This document shows positions 39,624 through 48,980 of a stretch of 64,000 nucleotides of DNA, one piece after another. How positions within the stretch are numbered: the stretch's first letter is position 1; every line of letters begins with the position of its first letter. The notes below the pieces were generated by a model that saw only the letters and a list, made by a program, of their open reading frames with translations, ran no database searches and had not been told where the DNA came from. Where the stretch lies: contig OZ245006.1 of NCBI GenBank assembly GCA_965223545.1, forward strand, positions 736,001-800,000, given 5' to 3'. The translations under genes and the position numbers were made by a program. Origin of the DNA: Planctomycetota bacterium (GTDB taxonomy: Bacteria; Planctomycetota; UBA1135; UBA2386).

Positions 39624-40952
39624 ATGACCGATTCCCCCCGCCGCGCCCCTGGGCGCGCCTCCCGGACTTCTCGCCGCGAGTTTCTGGCGACGACCGCCGG
39701 CGCCGCCGCCGGCAGCACCCTGCTCGGCGCGTGCCAGACCTGGGACGCGTCGCGACCGATCCCCAAGGCGGCCCTGCGCCCGCGCGCCGGCGCCGACGAC
39801 GCCCTCCGCATCGGCGTGATCGGCACCGGCGGCATGGGCACCGCACACGCCCTGCGGCTCACCGAGCTGGCGGCGGACGGCAAGGACAAGGTGCAGGTCG
39901 CGGCAGTGGCCGACGTCTGCGGCCCCCGCATGGAGGCGGCCCAAGCCGAGTGCGCGAAGCGGCAGTCGATCGAGGTCGGTGGCTTTCGCGACTACCGCGA
40001 GCTGCTGCGGATGGAGGATCTGCACGGCGTGCTGATCGCCTCGCCGGAGCACTGGCACGCCGAGATGGCGGAGCACGCCATCGCCGCCGGCTTGGACGTC
40101 TACGTCGAGAAGCCGATGACCCTGCGGCTGCCGGAGGCGCTGCGCCTGCGGCAGGTGGCCGCCGCCAACCCCGAGGTGATCGTGCAGGTCGGCACGCAGT
40201 TCTTGATGCACGAGAAGTACCACGTCGCCAGGCAGTGGATCGCCGAGGGCCGGATCGGCAAGCCGACGTTCTCGCAGACGGGCTACTGCCGCAACAGCCG
40301 CGACGGCGAGTGGCTCTACGAGATCAAGGACGAGTGGGTGCCCGGCGACAACCTCGACTGGGACGCGTGGTGCGGGCCGCTCGGCCCCAAGGAATGGGAC
40401 CCGGCGGTGTACGCGCGCTGGCGCCGCTACCGGACCTACTCCACCGGCATCGTCGGCGATCTGCTCGTGCACGTGATGACGCCGATGGTCTTCGCCCTGG
40501 ATCAAGGCTGGCCGGTGCGCGTCGTCGCCTGCGGCGGCCACTACCAGGACACGGCGATGGAGAACCACGACCAGGTCAACGTCACCGTGCAGTTCGAGAA
40601 GGGCCACACGATGACCGTCTGCGGCTCGACCTGCAACGAACAGGGCGTGCCGACGATGATCCGCGGCCACGAGGCGACGCTCTACCTCGGCAGCAAGGAC
40701 TGCGTGATCCGCCCCGAGCGTCCGTTCGCCGAGGAGATCGACGAGGAGACGCAGGACTGCGCGCCGCAGTCCGGCGACCAGGACCGGCTGCGCCTCGATT
40801 GGCTCGCCGCCATGCGCGCGCGCCAGCCGAACTTGAGCGGAGTCGAGCTCGGCGCACAGGTGATGGTCATCGTCGACCTGGCCACGCGGTCGATGTGGGA
40901 AGGCAAGGCGTTCGCGTTCGACCCGCAGTCGATGACTGCGAACCCCGCCTGA
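39624..40952 (+). CDS. Tat-exported Gfo/Idh/MocA oxidoreductase, possibly a Tat lipoprotein
   Basis: SRREFL Tat motif followed by LLGAC; IGTGGMG, PEHWH, VEKPM, GDLLVH. Confidence 0.88.
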   Translation: MTDSPRRAPGRASRTSRREFLATTAGAAAGSTLLGACQTWDASRPIPKAALRPRAGADDALRIGVIGTGGMGTAHALRLTELAADGKDKVQVAAVADVCGPRMEAAQAECAKRQSIEVGGFRDYRELLRMEDLHGVLIASPEHWHAEMAEHAIAAGLDVYVEKPMTLRLPEALRLRQVAAANPEVIVQVGTQFLMHEKYHVARQWIAEGRIGKPTFSQTGYCRNSRDGEWLYEIKDEWVPGDNLDWDAWCGPLGPKEWDPAVYARWRRYRTYSTGIVGDLLVHVMTPMVFALDQGWPVRVVACGGHYQDTAMENHDQVNVTVQFEKGHTMTVCGSTCNEQGVPTMIRGHEATLYLGSKDCVIRPERPFAEEIDEETQDCAPQSGDQDRLRLDWLAAMRARQPNLSGVELGAQVMVIVDLATRSMWEGKAFAFDPQSMTANPA

Positions 40953-40953
40953 C

Positions 40954-41880
40954 GTGGACGCGGCGGCGATCGCCCCGACGCGGCCGGTGCGCCATGCGCA
41001 CTGGGCCATGGCGACCCGGTTCGAGCTGCTGCTCGCCACCGCCCGCGGCGACACCGCGGCGCTCGCCGAAGCTGCGTTCGACGCCATCGACGAGTGCGAG
41101 CAGCGCCTCAGTCTGTTCCAGCGGGGCAGCCTGCTGACGCACGTGAACGCCAACGCCGGCGCGCGCTGGGTCTCGGTCGACGCCGATACGTTCGCGCTCC
41201 TGGAGCGCTGCGCGGCAGTGCACGACGCCTCGCGCGGCGCGTTCGATCCGACCATCGCCGGGGCGATGACGGCGCTGGGGCTGCACTCTGGCGCCACCAC
41301 TCCACGCGCCGCGGCCGACCGGGCCGCCGCGGGAGCAGCCGCCGGCATGCGCGCGCTGCGGCTGGACCCGCAACGCGGCGCCGTGCGCTTCGTCCACCCC
41401 GGCATCGCCCTCGACCTCGGCGGCATCGGCAAGGGGCACGGTGTCGATCTCGCGACGGCGGCGCTCGCGGAGTGTGGCGTGGAGACGTTTCTCCTGCACG
41501 GTGGCTGCAGCGCGGTGATGGCGCGCGGCGCGCCGCCCGGTGGCGACGCCTGGCGCGTTGCCACCCACCCCGCCGCCGGCGCTCCGCACGCGCGGCTGCG
41601 CGACCGCGCGCTGGCGGTGTCGTCCGCCGACGGCCGCCGGCACGCCGGCACACCGGACCTGCATCATCTCTTGCACCCCGCATCCGGCCGTCCCGCCGGC
41701 TTCGGCGGCACCGTTGCGGTCACCGCCGCCGAGGCGGCGCTCGCCGACGCGTGGGCGACCGCGCTGGCGGTGCACGGCGCGCTACTGCCACTACCTCCTG
41801 GTGTGCACGCCGTGCTGCGCCACGCCGACGGCACGCTCGAGCCGTCGCCGGACGCCGACGCCGACTTCGAACTCCCGTAG
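40954..41880 (+). CDS. apbE: FAD:protein FMN transferase (ApbE family), no obvious signal peptide
   Basis: AMATRF, GAFDPT, LDLGGIGKG, HHLLHP.SG, ADAWATAL. Confidence 0.85.
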   Translation: MDAAAIAPTRPVRHAHWAMATRFELLLATARGDTAALAEAAFDAIDECEQRLSLFQRGSLLTHVNANAGARWVSVDADTFALLERCAAVHDASRGAFDPTIAGAMTALGLHSGATTPRAAADRAAAGAAAGMRALRLDPQRGAVRFVHPGIALDLGGIGKGHGVDLATAALAECGVETFLLHGGCSAVMARGAPPGGDAWRVATHPAAGAPHARLRDRALAVSSADGRRHAGTPDLHHLLHPASGRPAGFGGTVAVTAAEAALADAWATALAVHGALLPLPPGVHAVLRHADGTLEPSPDADADFELP

Positions 41881-41890
41881 ATCACGACGC

Positions 41891-43141
41891 ATGATCCCAC
41901 CAAGCTCCGACGCCGACCGGCGCCAGTTCCTCACCACCTCCGCCGCGGCGATGGGCGCCTTCGCGCTCGACCCGCGCGCCGGTCTGCTGGGCCCTCTGCC
42001 GTACGGCCGCGCCCCACTCGGCGTCGGCTTGATCGGCGCCGGCAAGCAAGGCCGCGCGATCCTCGCCGAGCTGCAGAAGATGGAGCAGGCTGCGGTGGTC
42101 GCGGTGTGTGATACCTCGGAGGCGCGCGTGCGCTCGGGACTGCGCCGCGCGCGCGGCGCGCAGGGTTTTGCCGACGCCGAGCAGCTGCTCGGCCACGACG
42201 GCGTCGAGGCCGTGATCGTCGCCACCCCGACACACCAGCACCGCGCGGTCGCGGTCGCCGCGTTGCAAGCGGGCAAGCACGTCTATTGTGAAGCGCCGCT
42301 GGCGGCGACCATCGAGGACGCGGTCGCGATCGCAGAGGCGGCGCGCGCTAGCAAGACCACCTTCCAGACCGGACTGCTGGCGCGCAGCAACCCGATCTAC
42401 CAGCTGGCGCGCTCGTTCTACCGCGCCGGCGCGCTGCGCGAGCTGATCAGCTTGAGCGCCGAGGCGCACGAGAAGACGACCTGGACCGTGCCGTCCTCCG
42501 ACCCCGAGCGCGCCCGCGAGCTCAACTGGCGGCTGGACGCGGCACACAGCACCGGCCTGGCGGGCGAGGTGGGCAGCCACCAGTTCGACGCCTTCCACTG
42601 GTTCGTCGGCAGCTATCCGGTCGCGGTGCACGGCCATGGCGCGGTCCGCCTGCACAAGGACGGACGCGAGGTCGCCGACACGGCGACCTGCTCGCTGCAG
42701 TTTGCCGACGGCGTCCAGCTGACCTGGGACGCCTCGCTGTGCAACAGCTACGGCGGCACCTTCGAGACCTACCGCGGCTCGATGGCGGCGTTCAGGCTGG
42801 CTTGGAACGCGGGCTGGATGTTCAAGGAAGCCGACGCACCGACACAGGGTTGGGAGGTGTACGCCAACCGCGAGGCGTTCCACAACGACGAGGGCATCAC
42901 GCTGATCGCCGACGCGACCAAGCTGGCCAAGGCCGGCAAGCTCAAGGAGGGCGTCGGGCTGCCGAACCCACCGCTGTACTACGGACTCGCCGACTTCGTG
43001 CGCAGCGTCACCGAGCAGCAAGAGGTGGTGTGCTCGGTCGAAGAGGGCGTGCGCGCCGCCGTGATCGGCATCCTCGCCAACCGCGCCGTGGTCACCGGTG
43101 ACCACGTCGAGATCCCGCCCGAGCTCCTCGAGCTGCGCTGA
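41891..43141 (+). CDS. Second Gfo/Idh/MocA-family protein with Tat motif; EKP motif changed to EAP
   Basis: DRRQFL; IGAGKQG, ATPTHQH, HVYCEAP, GSHQFD. Confidence 0.85.
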   Translation: MIPPSSDADRRQFLTTSAAAMGAFALDPRAGLLGPLPYGRAPLGVGLIGAGKQGRAILAELQKMEQAAVVAVCDTSEARVRSGLRRARGAQGFADAEQLLGHDGVEAVIVATPTHQHRAVAVAALQAGKHVYCEAPLAATIEDAVAIAEAARASKTTFQTGLLARSNPIYQLARSFYRAGALRELISLSAEAHEKTTWTVPSSDPERARELNWRLDAAHSTGLAGEVGSHQFDAFHWFVGSYPVAVHGHGAVRLHKDGREVADTATCSLQFADGVQLTWDASLCNSYGGTFETYRGSMAAFRLAWNAGWMFKEADAPTQGWEVYANREAFHNDEGITLIADATKLAKAGKLKEGVGLPNPPLYYGLADFVRSVTEQQEVVCSVEEGVRAAVIGILANRAVVTGDHVEIPPELLELR

Positions 43142-43150
43142 GCCAACCCC

Positions 43151-43912
43151 GTGCAAGAACCCACGCCCGCGCCCTTGCTGCGCAGCCTGCCCGTCCTCGG
43201 CCGCCTCGGCCTCTCGCTGCTCCTGCTGGTGATCCTCGGTGGCTTGGTCGCATCGGCGAGCCACATCGTGCTGCACCACCAAAACCGCGATGAGCGCCCC
43301 GGCCTGTCGCTGGCCGACGTCGAAGGCGTCTACCACGGCGTGCAGGCCACGGCACCGCTGCTGACCGCCCTGCGCCGCGACCACCCGCCCGATCTTCCCG
43401 CCGCCGAGCGCACCGCGCTGCTCGACTGGCTGGCCAGCGACCACATCAGCGAGAGCTACGACAACCTCGACCTCGGCGAGAACGCGCCCGCCGAGATCCT
43501 CGACCGGGCTTGCCTGCAATGCCACGCGCGCAACGCCGAGGACCCGATCGGCCAGTCCATCCCCCTCGAGTACTGGGACGACGTCCGCGGCGTCGCGTTC
43601 TCCCGCAACGTCGAGCCCATGGCCGAGGAGATCCTGGTGGCGTCGGCGCACACCCACGCCCTGGGCATGGGCGCGCTGTCGCTGGTGTTGTGTCTGCTCG
43701 CGGCCCTGGGCCGGACACCGCCGCTGCTGACCGGTCTGTTGATGCTGGGCTCCGGCGCCGGCTTGGCGCTCGATCTCGGCTCGTGGTTTCTGGCGCGCGA
43801 CACCGTGGCGTTGATACCCGTGCTGATCGCCGGCGGCATCGCTTGGCTGGCCAGCACCGCGCTGCTCTGCCTGGTCCTGCTGCTCGACCTCTGGCTGCCC
43901 CGCCGCGCATGA
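43151..43912 (+). CDS. Membrane protein with a single c-type heme-binding motif
   Basis: N-terminal TM; soluble domain with CLQCH; HTH(AL)GM segment followed by three TM helices. Confidence 0.65.
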   Translation: MQEPTPAPLLRSLPVLGRLGLSLLLLVILGGLVASASHIVLHHQNRDERPGLSLADVEGVYHGVQATAPLLTALRRDHPPDLPAAERTALLDWLASDHISESYDNLDLGENAPAEILDRACLQCHARNAEDPIGQSIPLEYWDDVRGVAFSRNVEPMAEEILVASAHTHALGMGALSLVLCLLAALGRTPPLLTGLLMLGSGAGLALDLGSWFLARDTVALIPVLIAGGIAWLASTALLCLVLLLDLWLPRRA

Positions 43913-44760
43913 CCGAGCCGTCCTACTGCGAAGCCGACGACGGCGTGCGGCTGGCCTACCGGCGTTACGGCTCCGGACCCGTGCGCGTGATCGCCCCCGC
44001 GCTGAGCTGGATGGCGGCCGACCTCGAGCTGCTCGCCGAGGCAGCCGGCACGGTGTTCTACGACGTCCGCGGCCAGGGCAGCTCGGCCGCGGTCGCCGAC
44101 GATCAAGTCGGCCTGCAGCGCGACGTCGCCGACTTGGACGCCGTGCGCCGGAGCGTCGGCGCCGGCCAAGTGGCGCTGCTGGGTTGGTCGTACTACGGCG
44201 CCATCGCGCTGCAGTACGCGCTGGCGCACCCCGCCCAGGTAACCCGCCTGGCGCTGTTCGCGCCGGTGGCGCCCCGCGCGCAGCCGTATTGGCGGCAGTA
44301 CTTGCACGCGTTCGGCCAACGCCTCGACAGCGGCCGGCTCGGCGACCTCGAGGCCGCGCGCAAGGCCGGCACGCCGAGGTCGGATCCGAGCGGCTGGTGC
44401 CGGGCGCACATCGACCTGCTGCTGCGCATCTACGTGGAGAACCCCGAGTGTTTGGCGCGGATGCGCGCGTCGCCGTGCGTGGCGCCCAACCTCGACCCCG
44501 AGCGGGTCAACCGGCAGACCCTGCGCGTCATGGAGGGGATGGGCGACTACGACTGGCGCGCCGCGATGCGCGCGCTCGAGTGCCCGGTGCGGATCTGGCA
44601 CGGCGACCGCGATCCGGTGCCGTTGGCGGGATCGCACGAGTGGTGTGAGGCGCTGCCCGACGCGCGGCTCGTGCCGTTGGCCGGCTGCGGCCACATGCCG
44701 TGGCTGGAGCAACCGGACGCCTGCCTGCCCGCGCTGCAGGCGTTCTTGACCAGCGGTTGA
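43909..44760 (+). CDS. Alpha/beta hydrolase (proline iminopeptidase-like)
   Basis: YDVRGQG.S, GWSYYG nucleophile elbow, HGDRD, GHMPW.E. Confidence 0.85.
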   Translation: MTEPSYCEADDGVRLAYRRYGSGPVRVIAPALSWMAADLELLAEAAGTVFYDVRGQGSSAAVADDQVGLQRDVADLDAVRRSVGAGQVALLGWSYYGAIALQYALAHPAQVTRLALFAPVAPRAQPYWRQYLHAFGQRLDSGRLGDLEAARKAGTPRSDPSGWCRAHIDLLLRIYVENPECLARMRASPCVAPNLDPERVNRQTLRVMEGMGDYDWRAAMRALECPVRIWHGDRDPVPLAGSHEWCEALPDARLVPLAGCGHMPWLEQPDACLPALQAFLTSG

Positions 44761-44793
44761 GCCGCCCGCCGATCCGCGGCTACGCTGCCCCCG

Positions 44794-45558
44794 ATGAGCA
44801 CGGATCCCTGGCTCGCCGCCCGCGGGCGGCGCCCCGACGCGCGCGTGCGCTTGTTCTGCCTGCCACACGCCGGCTCGGGCGCGGTCGCCTACCAGCCGTG
44901 GATCGACGGCCTGCCCGACCACGTCGACGTCTGTCGCGTGCAGCTGCCGGGCCGCGAGACACGCTTCGTCGAGCCAGCGCTCGACAGCATCGAGCCGCTG
45001 GTCGAAGCACTGCTGCAGGGACTGTCGCCGCACCTCGACCGGCCGTGGGCAGTGTTCGGCCACAGCATGGGCGCCATCGTCGGCTTCGAGCTGGTCCGCG
45101 CCGCGCGCGCCGCCGGTGCGCGCACCCCGCTCGTCTTGTTTGCCAGCGGCCACCGCGCACCCCACCTGCCCCGGCCGCGGCCGGCCGTCGCCTACGCCTC
45201 GCAGGAGCGCTTCCTCGCCGAGGTGCGGTGGATGGGCGGCACGCCGGACGAAGTGCTGTCCGATCCCGAGATGCTGGACATCGTGTTGCCGACGCTGCGC
45301 GCCGACGTCAACGTCTGGGAGACCTACGTCTACCGCGAGCAGCCGCCGCTCGAGTGCGCGCTCACCGCGCTGGGCGGCCGCGAGGACCGTGTCGCCACTC
45401 CGGCGGAAATCGAGGGTTGGGCGCAGCACACCGCCGGCCGTCACGGCCACCACGTCCTCGAGGGGGACCACTTCTTCCTCGAGACCGACCGCGATGCCCT
45501 GTTGCGCATCGTCGCCACCGACCTCGACGCGGCGCTGGCCGAGCGGGGTGAAGGTTGA
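44794..45558 (+). CDS. Type II thioesterase (GrsT/RifR-like)
   Basis: LFCLPHAGSG, QLPGRE.R, FGHSMG, LRAD, GDHFF. Confidence 0.9.
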   Translation: MSTDPWLAARGRRPDARVRLFCLPHAGSGAVAYQPWIDGLPDHVDVCRVQLPGRETRFVEPALDSIEPLVEALLQGLSPHLDRPWAVFGHSMGAIVGFELVRAARAAGARTPLVLFASGHRAPHLPRPRPAVAYASQERFLAEVRWMGGTPDEVLSDPEMLDIVLPTLRADVNVWETYVYREQPPLECALTALGGREDRVATPAEIEGWAQHTAGRHGHHVLEGDHFFLETDRDALLRIVATDLDAALAERGEG

Positions 45559-46418
45559 ACACGACCGGCGACGCCGACGAGTTTTGCCGCGAGCAGCAGG
45601 CGGCCTGGGACTCGGCCGCACCCAGCTGGCACCGCTGGTGGCACGTCTTCGAGAACAGCTGCCAGGGCGTCAACGACCAGCTCGTCGCCGCTGCCCGCGG
45701 CGACGACGTGCGGCGTTGGTTGGACATCGCGTGCGGCATCGGTGAGCCAGCGCGCACCGCCGCCGCGGCAATCGGCGCGGAAGGCCACGTGCTCGCCTGC
45801 GACCTCGCCCCGCAGATGATCGAGCACGCGGCCCGCTTCGCGCCGGCACCCGGCGCCGCGCCGATCGAGTGGCGCGTCGCCGACGCCGAGACGGTGGAGC
45901 TCGCCGACCAGAGCTTCGATGCGGCCACCTGCCGCTGGGGGCTGATGCTGATGCGCGCCCCGGAGCTCGCCGTGCAGCGGGTGGCCGCGGCGCTGCGACC
46001 GGGCGGCCGGTTCGCGGTGGCGGTGTGGGACGCGCAGGCCCACGTTCCGTTCCTGGCGCGCCCCCGCCAGGCGATCTCGCGCGTCGTTCCGCTGCCCGAG
46101 CTGGACGCCGACGCACCCGGCCCGTTTCGCCTGCACCGGCCCGGCCAGCTGCAGGCATTGCTGGCCGCTGGCGACCTCGAGCCGGGCGAGGAGTGGACGG
46201 CGGAGGTCGCGCTCGAATTCGGTTCTGCCGGTGCGTTCGCCGCATTCGTGCAGCAGATGTCGACCGCCACCGCCAAGCTGCTCGCCCGCCACGACCCGGC
46301 GACGCGCGCACGGGCGTGGGCGGCAGTCGAAGCCGACGCCGCCGAGCAGGCCGCCGGCGACGGCCGCCTGCGCTTCGACAACCGTGTTCGGCTTTGCGTG
46401 GGCCAGCGACGCGGCTGA
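45555..46418 (+). CDS. Class I SAM-dependent methyltransferase
   Basis: LDIACGIGEP, ADAE, SFDAATCRWGLM, LRPGGRF, PGPF; TTG start coupled to the thioesterase. Confidence 0.85.
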   Translation: MNTTGDADEFCREQQAAWDSAAPSWHRWWHVFENSCQGVNDQLVAAARGDDVRRWLDIACGIGEPARTAAAAIGAEGHVLACDLAPQMIEHAARFAPAPGAAPIEWRVADAETVELADQSFDAATCRWGLMLMRAPELAVQRVAAALRPGGRFAVAVWDAQAHVPFLARPRQAISRVVPLPELDADAPGPFRLHRPGQLQALLAAGDLEPGEEWTAEVALEFGSAGAFAAFVQQMSTATAKLLARHDPATRARAWAAVEADAAEQAAGDGRLRFDNRVRLCVGQRRG

Positions 46419-46567
46419 ACCGTCCGGTCGGGGCGTGCAAACGCTGCCGGCATTCTGTACAGCATTCTCGGGCTCTCTCTCCCTCAAGCCGGCGCCGCCG
46501 CCGCCCCGAAGTACGCACAGGTACTGCCTTGCCCGACCCGACCCCGAGCCTGTCGTCAGGATCGACG

Positions 46568-47713
46568 ATGATCCCGTTCTCGCCCCCGAACCTCGAAGAG
46601 GAAGAGATCCAGGAAGTGATCGACACCTTGCGGTCCGAGTGGATCACCACGGGGCCCAAGACCCGGCAGTTCGAGCAGCAGTTCGCCGAAGCGGTGGGCG
46701 CGCCGGCGGCGCTGGCGCTCAACTCGTGCACCGCCGGCCTGCACCTGGCGCTCGTCGGCCACGGCATCGGTCCGGGCGACGTGGTCGCGACGACGCCGAT
46801 GACGTTCGCCGCGACCGCCAACGTCGTCGAACACGTCGGCGCTGAATCGATCCTCGTCGACGTCGAGCCCGACACCCTCAACATCGATCCCGAGCGGCTG
46901 CGCAACGCGCTCCACGACCGGGTGAAGGCGATCAGTGTGGTCCACTACGCCGGCCACCCCGTCGATCTCGACGCGATCACGGCGATTGCGAACGAGCGAG
47001 GCATCCCGGTGATCGAAGATGCGGCGCACGCCCTGCCGGCGAGCTACCGCGGCGAGCCGATCGGCGCGCGCGGCAACCTGACCGCCTACAGCTTCTACGC
47101 CACCAAGAACATCACCACGGCCGAGGGCGGCATGCTGACCGGCTCGGCGGAGATGATCGAGCAGCTGCGCTCTTGGAGCCTGCACGGCCTGAGCAAGGAC
47201 GCCGCCAAGCGCTACGAGCGCGGCGGCTCGTGGAAGTACGAAGTCCTCGCCCCGGGCTTCAAGTACAACATGACCGACGTCCAGGCCAGCCTCGGCACCT
47301 GGCAGCTGCGCAAGGCCGAGCGGTTCCACGAAGTGCGGCGCAGCATCACGGACCGCTACAACGCGGCGTTCGGTGCGCTGCCCGAGCTGCAGACGCCGAC
47401 CGAGCGCGACGGCGTGCAGAGTGCGCTGCACCTGTACGTCCTACGCCTGCAGCCCGACCGCCTGCGCATCGACCGCGACGAGTTCATCGAACAGCTGCGC
47501 GAGCGCAACATCAGCACTTCGGTGCACTTCATTCCGATCCACCTGCATCCCTACTACCGCGACCGCTACGGCTACCAGCCGACGGACTTCCCCGTCGCCT
47601 ACGCCGAGTACCAGCGCATGCTGTCGCTGCCGCTGTTCTCGCGAATGACGGACGATCAGGTCGAGCGGGTGATCGAGGCGGTGCGCGACGTCGTCGAGCA
47701 GAACCGCCGATGA
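46568..47713 (+). CDS. DegT/DnrJ/EryC1/StrS nucleotide-sugar aminotransferase
   Basis: WITTGP, NSCTAGLHLAL, EDAAHA, SFYATKNITT.EGG, GFKYNM. Confidence 0.93.
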   Translation: MIPFSPPNLEEEEIQEVIDTLRSEWITTGPKTRQFEQQFAEAVGAPAALALNSCTAGLHLALVGHGIGPGDVVATTPMTFAATANVVEHVGAESILVDVEPDTLNIDPERLRNALHDRVKAISVVHYAGHPVDLDAITAIANERGIPVIEDAAHALPASYRGEPIGARGNLTAYSFYATKNITTAEGGMLTGSAEMIEQLRSWSLHGLSKDAAKRYERGGSWKYEVLAPGFKYNMTDVQASLGTWQLRKAERFHEVRRSITDRYNAAFGALPELQTPTERDGVQSALHLYVLRLQPDRLRIDRDEFIEQLRERNISTSVHFIPIHLHPYYRDRYGYQPTDFPVAYAEYQRMLSLPLFSRMTDDQVERVIEAVRDVVEQNRR

Positions 47714-48942
47714 GCACGGTGGCCAGCGAGACCGCACAGGTCGGGGCCGACTCCGCCGACGCCGGCCGGCCATCGGTGTGGCACATCGGCGGCTCCGATG
47801 TCTACTTCCGCATTCCGCTGCTGCTGCGGCTGCGGCAGGCGGGGTTCGAGGTGGCCGCCGCCGGCACCAGCGACCCCGCCCAGTTCGAGGCCGTCGACAT
47901 CCCGTTCCACCACTACGACCTGAAGCCGGGGCTGGGGCCACTCGCCGACCACCGCGCGCGCCAACAGCTGACCGAACTGTTCGAACGGCACCGCCCGACG
48001 GTGGTCCACGCCTTCGACACCAAGCCGTGCGTGCTGGTGCCGTTGGCGCGGGCGCGGGTCCCCGCGGTGCGCTGCGTGCGCACGGTCACCGGGATGGGAC
48101 GCCTGTTCGCCGAGGACAGCCGCACGGCCGCCCTACTGCGCGTGGTGTACCGCCGCGCCCAGCGCCGCGTCGCGCCGATCACCGACGTGACGGTGTTTCA
48201 GAACGAGGACGACCAGCGCTACTTCCGCGAGCAGGACCTGTTGCGGGGGTGTCGCCATGAGCTGGTGCGGGGGTCGGGTGTCGACGTCGACGCGCTGCAC
48301 GCGGCGCGGCCGGACGCGCGCGCCTGCGCCGCCCTGCGCGCCGAGCTCGGTCTCGACGACCGCTTCGTGGTGTTGATGGTCAGCCGGCTGACCGCCACCA
48401 AGGGCGTGCGCGAGTACCTGCAGGCGGCGACCCAGCTCGCCAGCAGCGGCGCCACCCTGGTGCTGGTCGGACCGGTGGACGAGTTCGACGCCGACGCGCA
48501 GCGCCTGCTCGCCGAAGTCGAGGACCACCCGCACGTGCGCTACCTCGGCAAGCGCAGCGATGTGCCGAGTCTGCTGGCCATCGCCGACGCCTTCGCGCTG
48601 CCGACCTACTACCGGGAAGGCCTGCCGCGCGTGCTGCTCGAGGCCGCGGTCATGGGCGTACCCCTGATCACCACGAGTGTGCCCGGATGCCGGGACGTCG
48701 TTCCGGAAGCCAAGTACGGCATGATCATCGAGCAACGCTCGGCCGACGCCATCGCCACCGCGGTGACGACCCTGATCGGCGATCCCCCGCTGCGGGCCGA
48801 GCTGGTCGCCAACGCCCGAGACCGCGTGCAGTCCGCGTTCTCGCTCGACCACGTCGCCGCGCAGTATGCCGAGATCTACCGCAGCCTGTCGCCGCAAAGC
48901 GGTGCCCGGGCGCGCGGTGACGCGCCCGCATCGGAGCGCTGA
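47710..48942 (+). CDS. GT4 family glycosyltransferase (CapM/PglA-like)
   Basis: TVTGMG, FQNEDD, GSGVD, KGVREY, YREGLPRVLLEA, VPGCRD. Confidence 0.9.
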   Translation: MSTVASETAQVGADSADAGRPSVWHIGGSDVYFRIPLLLRLRQAGFEVAAAGTSDPAQFEAVDIPFHHYDLKPGLGPLADHRARQQLTELFERHRPTVVHAFDTKPCVLVPLARARVPAVRCVRTVTGMGRLFAEDSRTAALLRVVYRRAQRRVAPITDVTVFQNEDDQRYFREQDLLRGCRHELVRGSGVDVDALHAARPDARACAALRAELGLDDRFVVLMVSRLTATKGVREYLQAATQLASSGATLVLVGPVDEFDADAQRLLAEVEDHPHVRYLGKRSDVPSLLAIADAFALPTYYREGLPRVLLEAAVMGVPLITTSVPGCRDVVPEAKYGMIIEQRSADAIATAVTTLIGDPPLRAELVANARDRVQSAFSLDHVAAQYAEIYRSLSPQSGARARGDAPASER

Positions 48943-48980
48943 CCCGACCGAGACCGATCGGCCAGCGCGCTGCGCCCAGG

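Noticed and set aside
41284..41301. SGAT sequence within ApbE as a self-flavinylation site
   Set aside because: It lacks the upstream Asp of the Dxx(S/T)GA(S/T) consensus and is likely chance.
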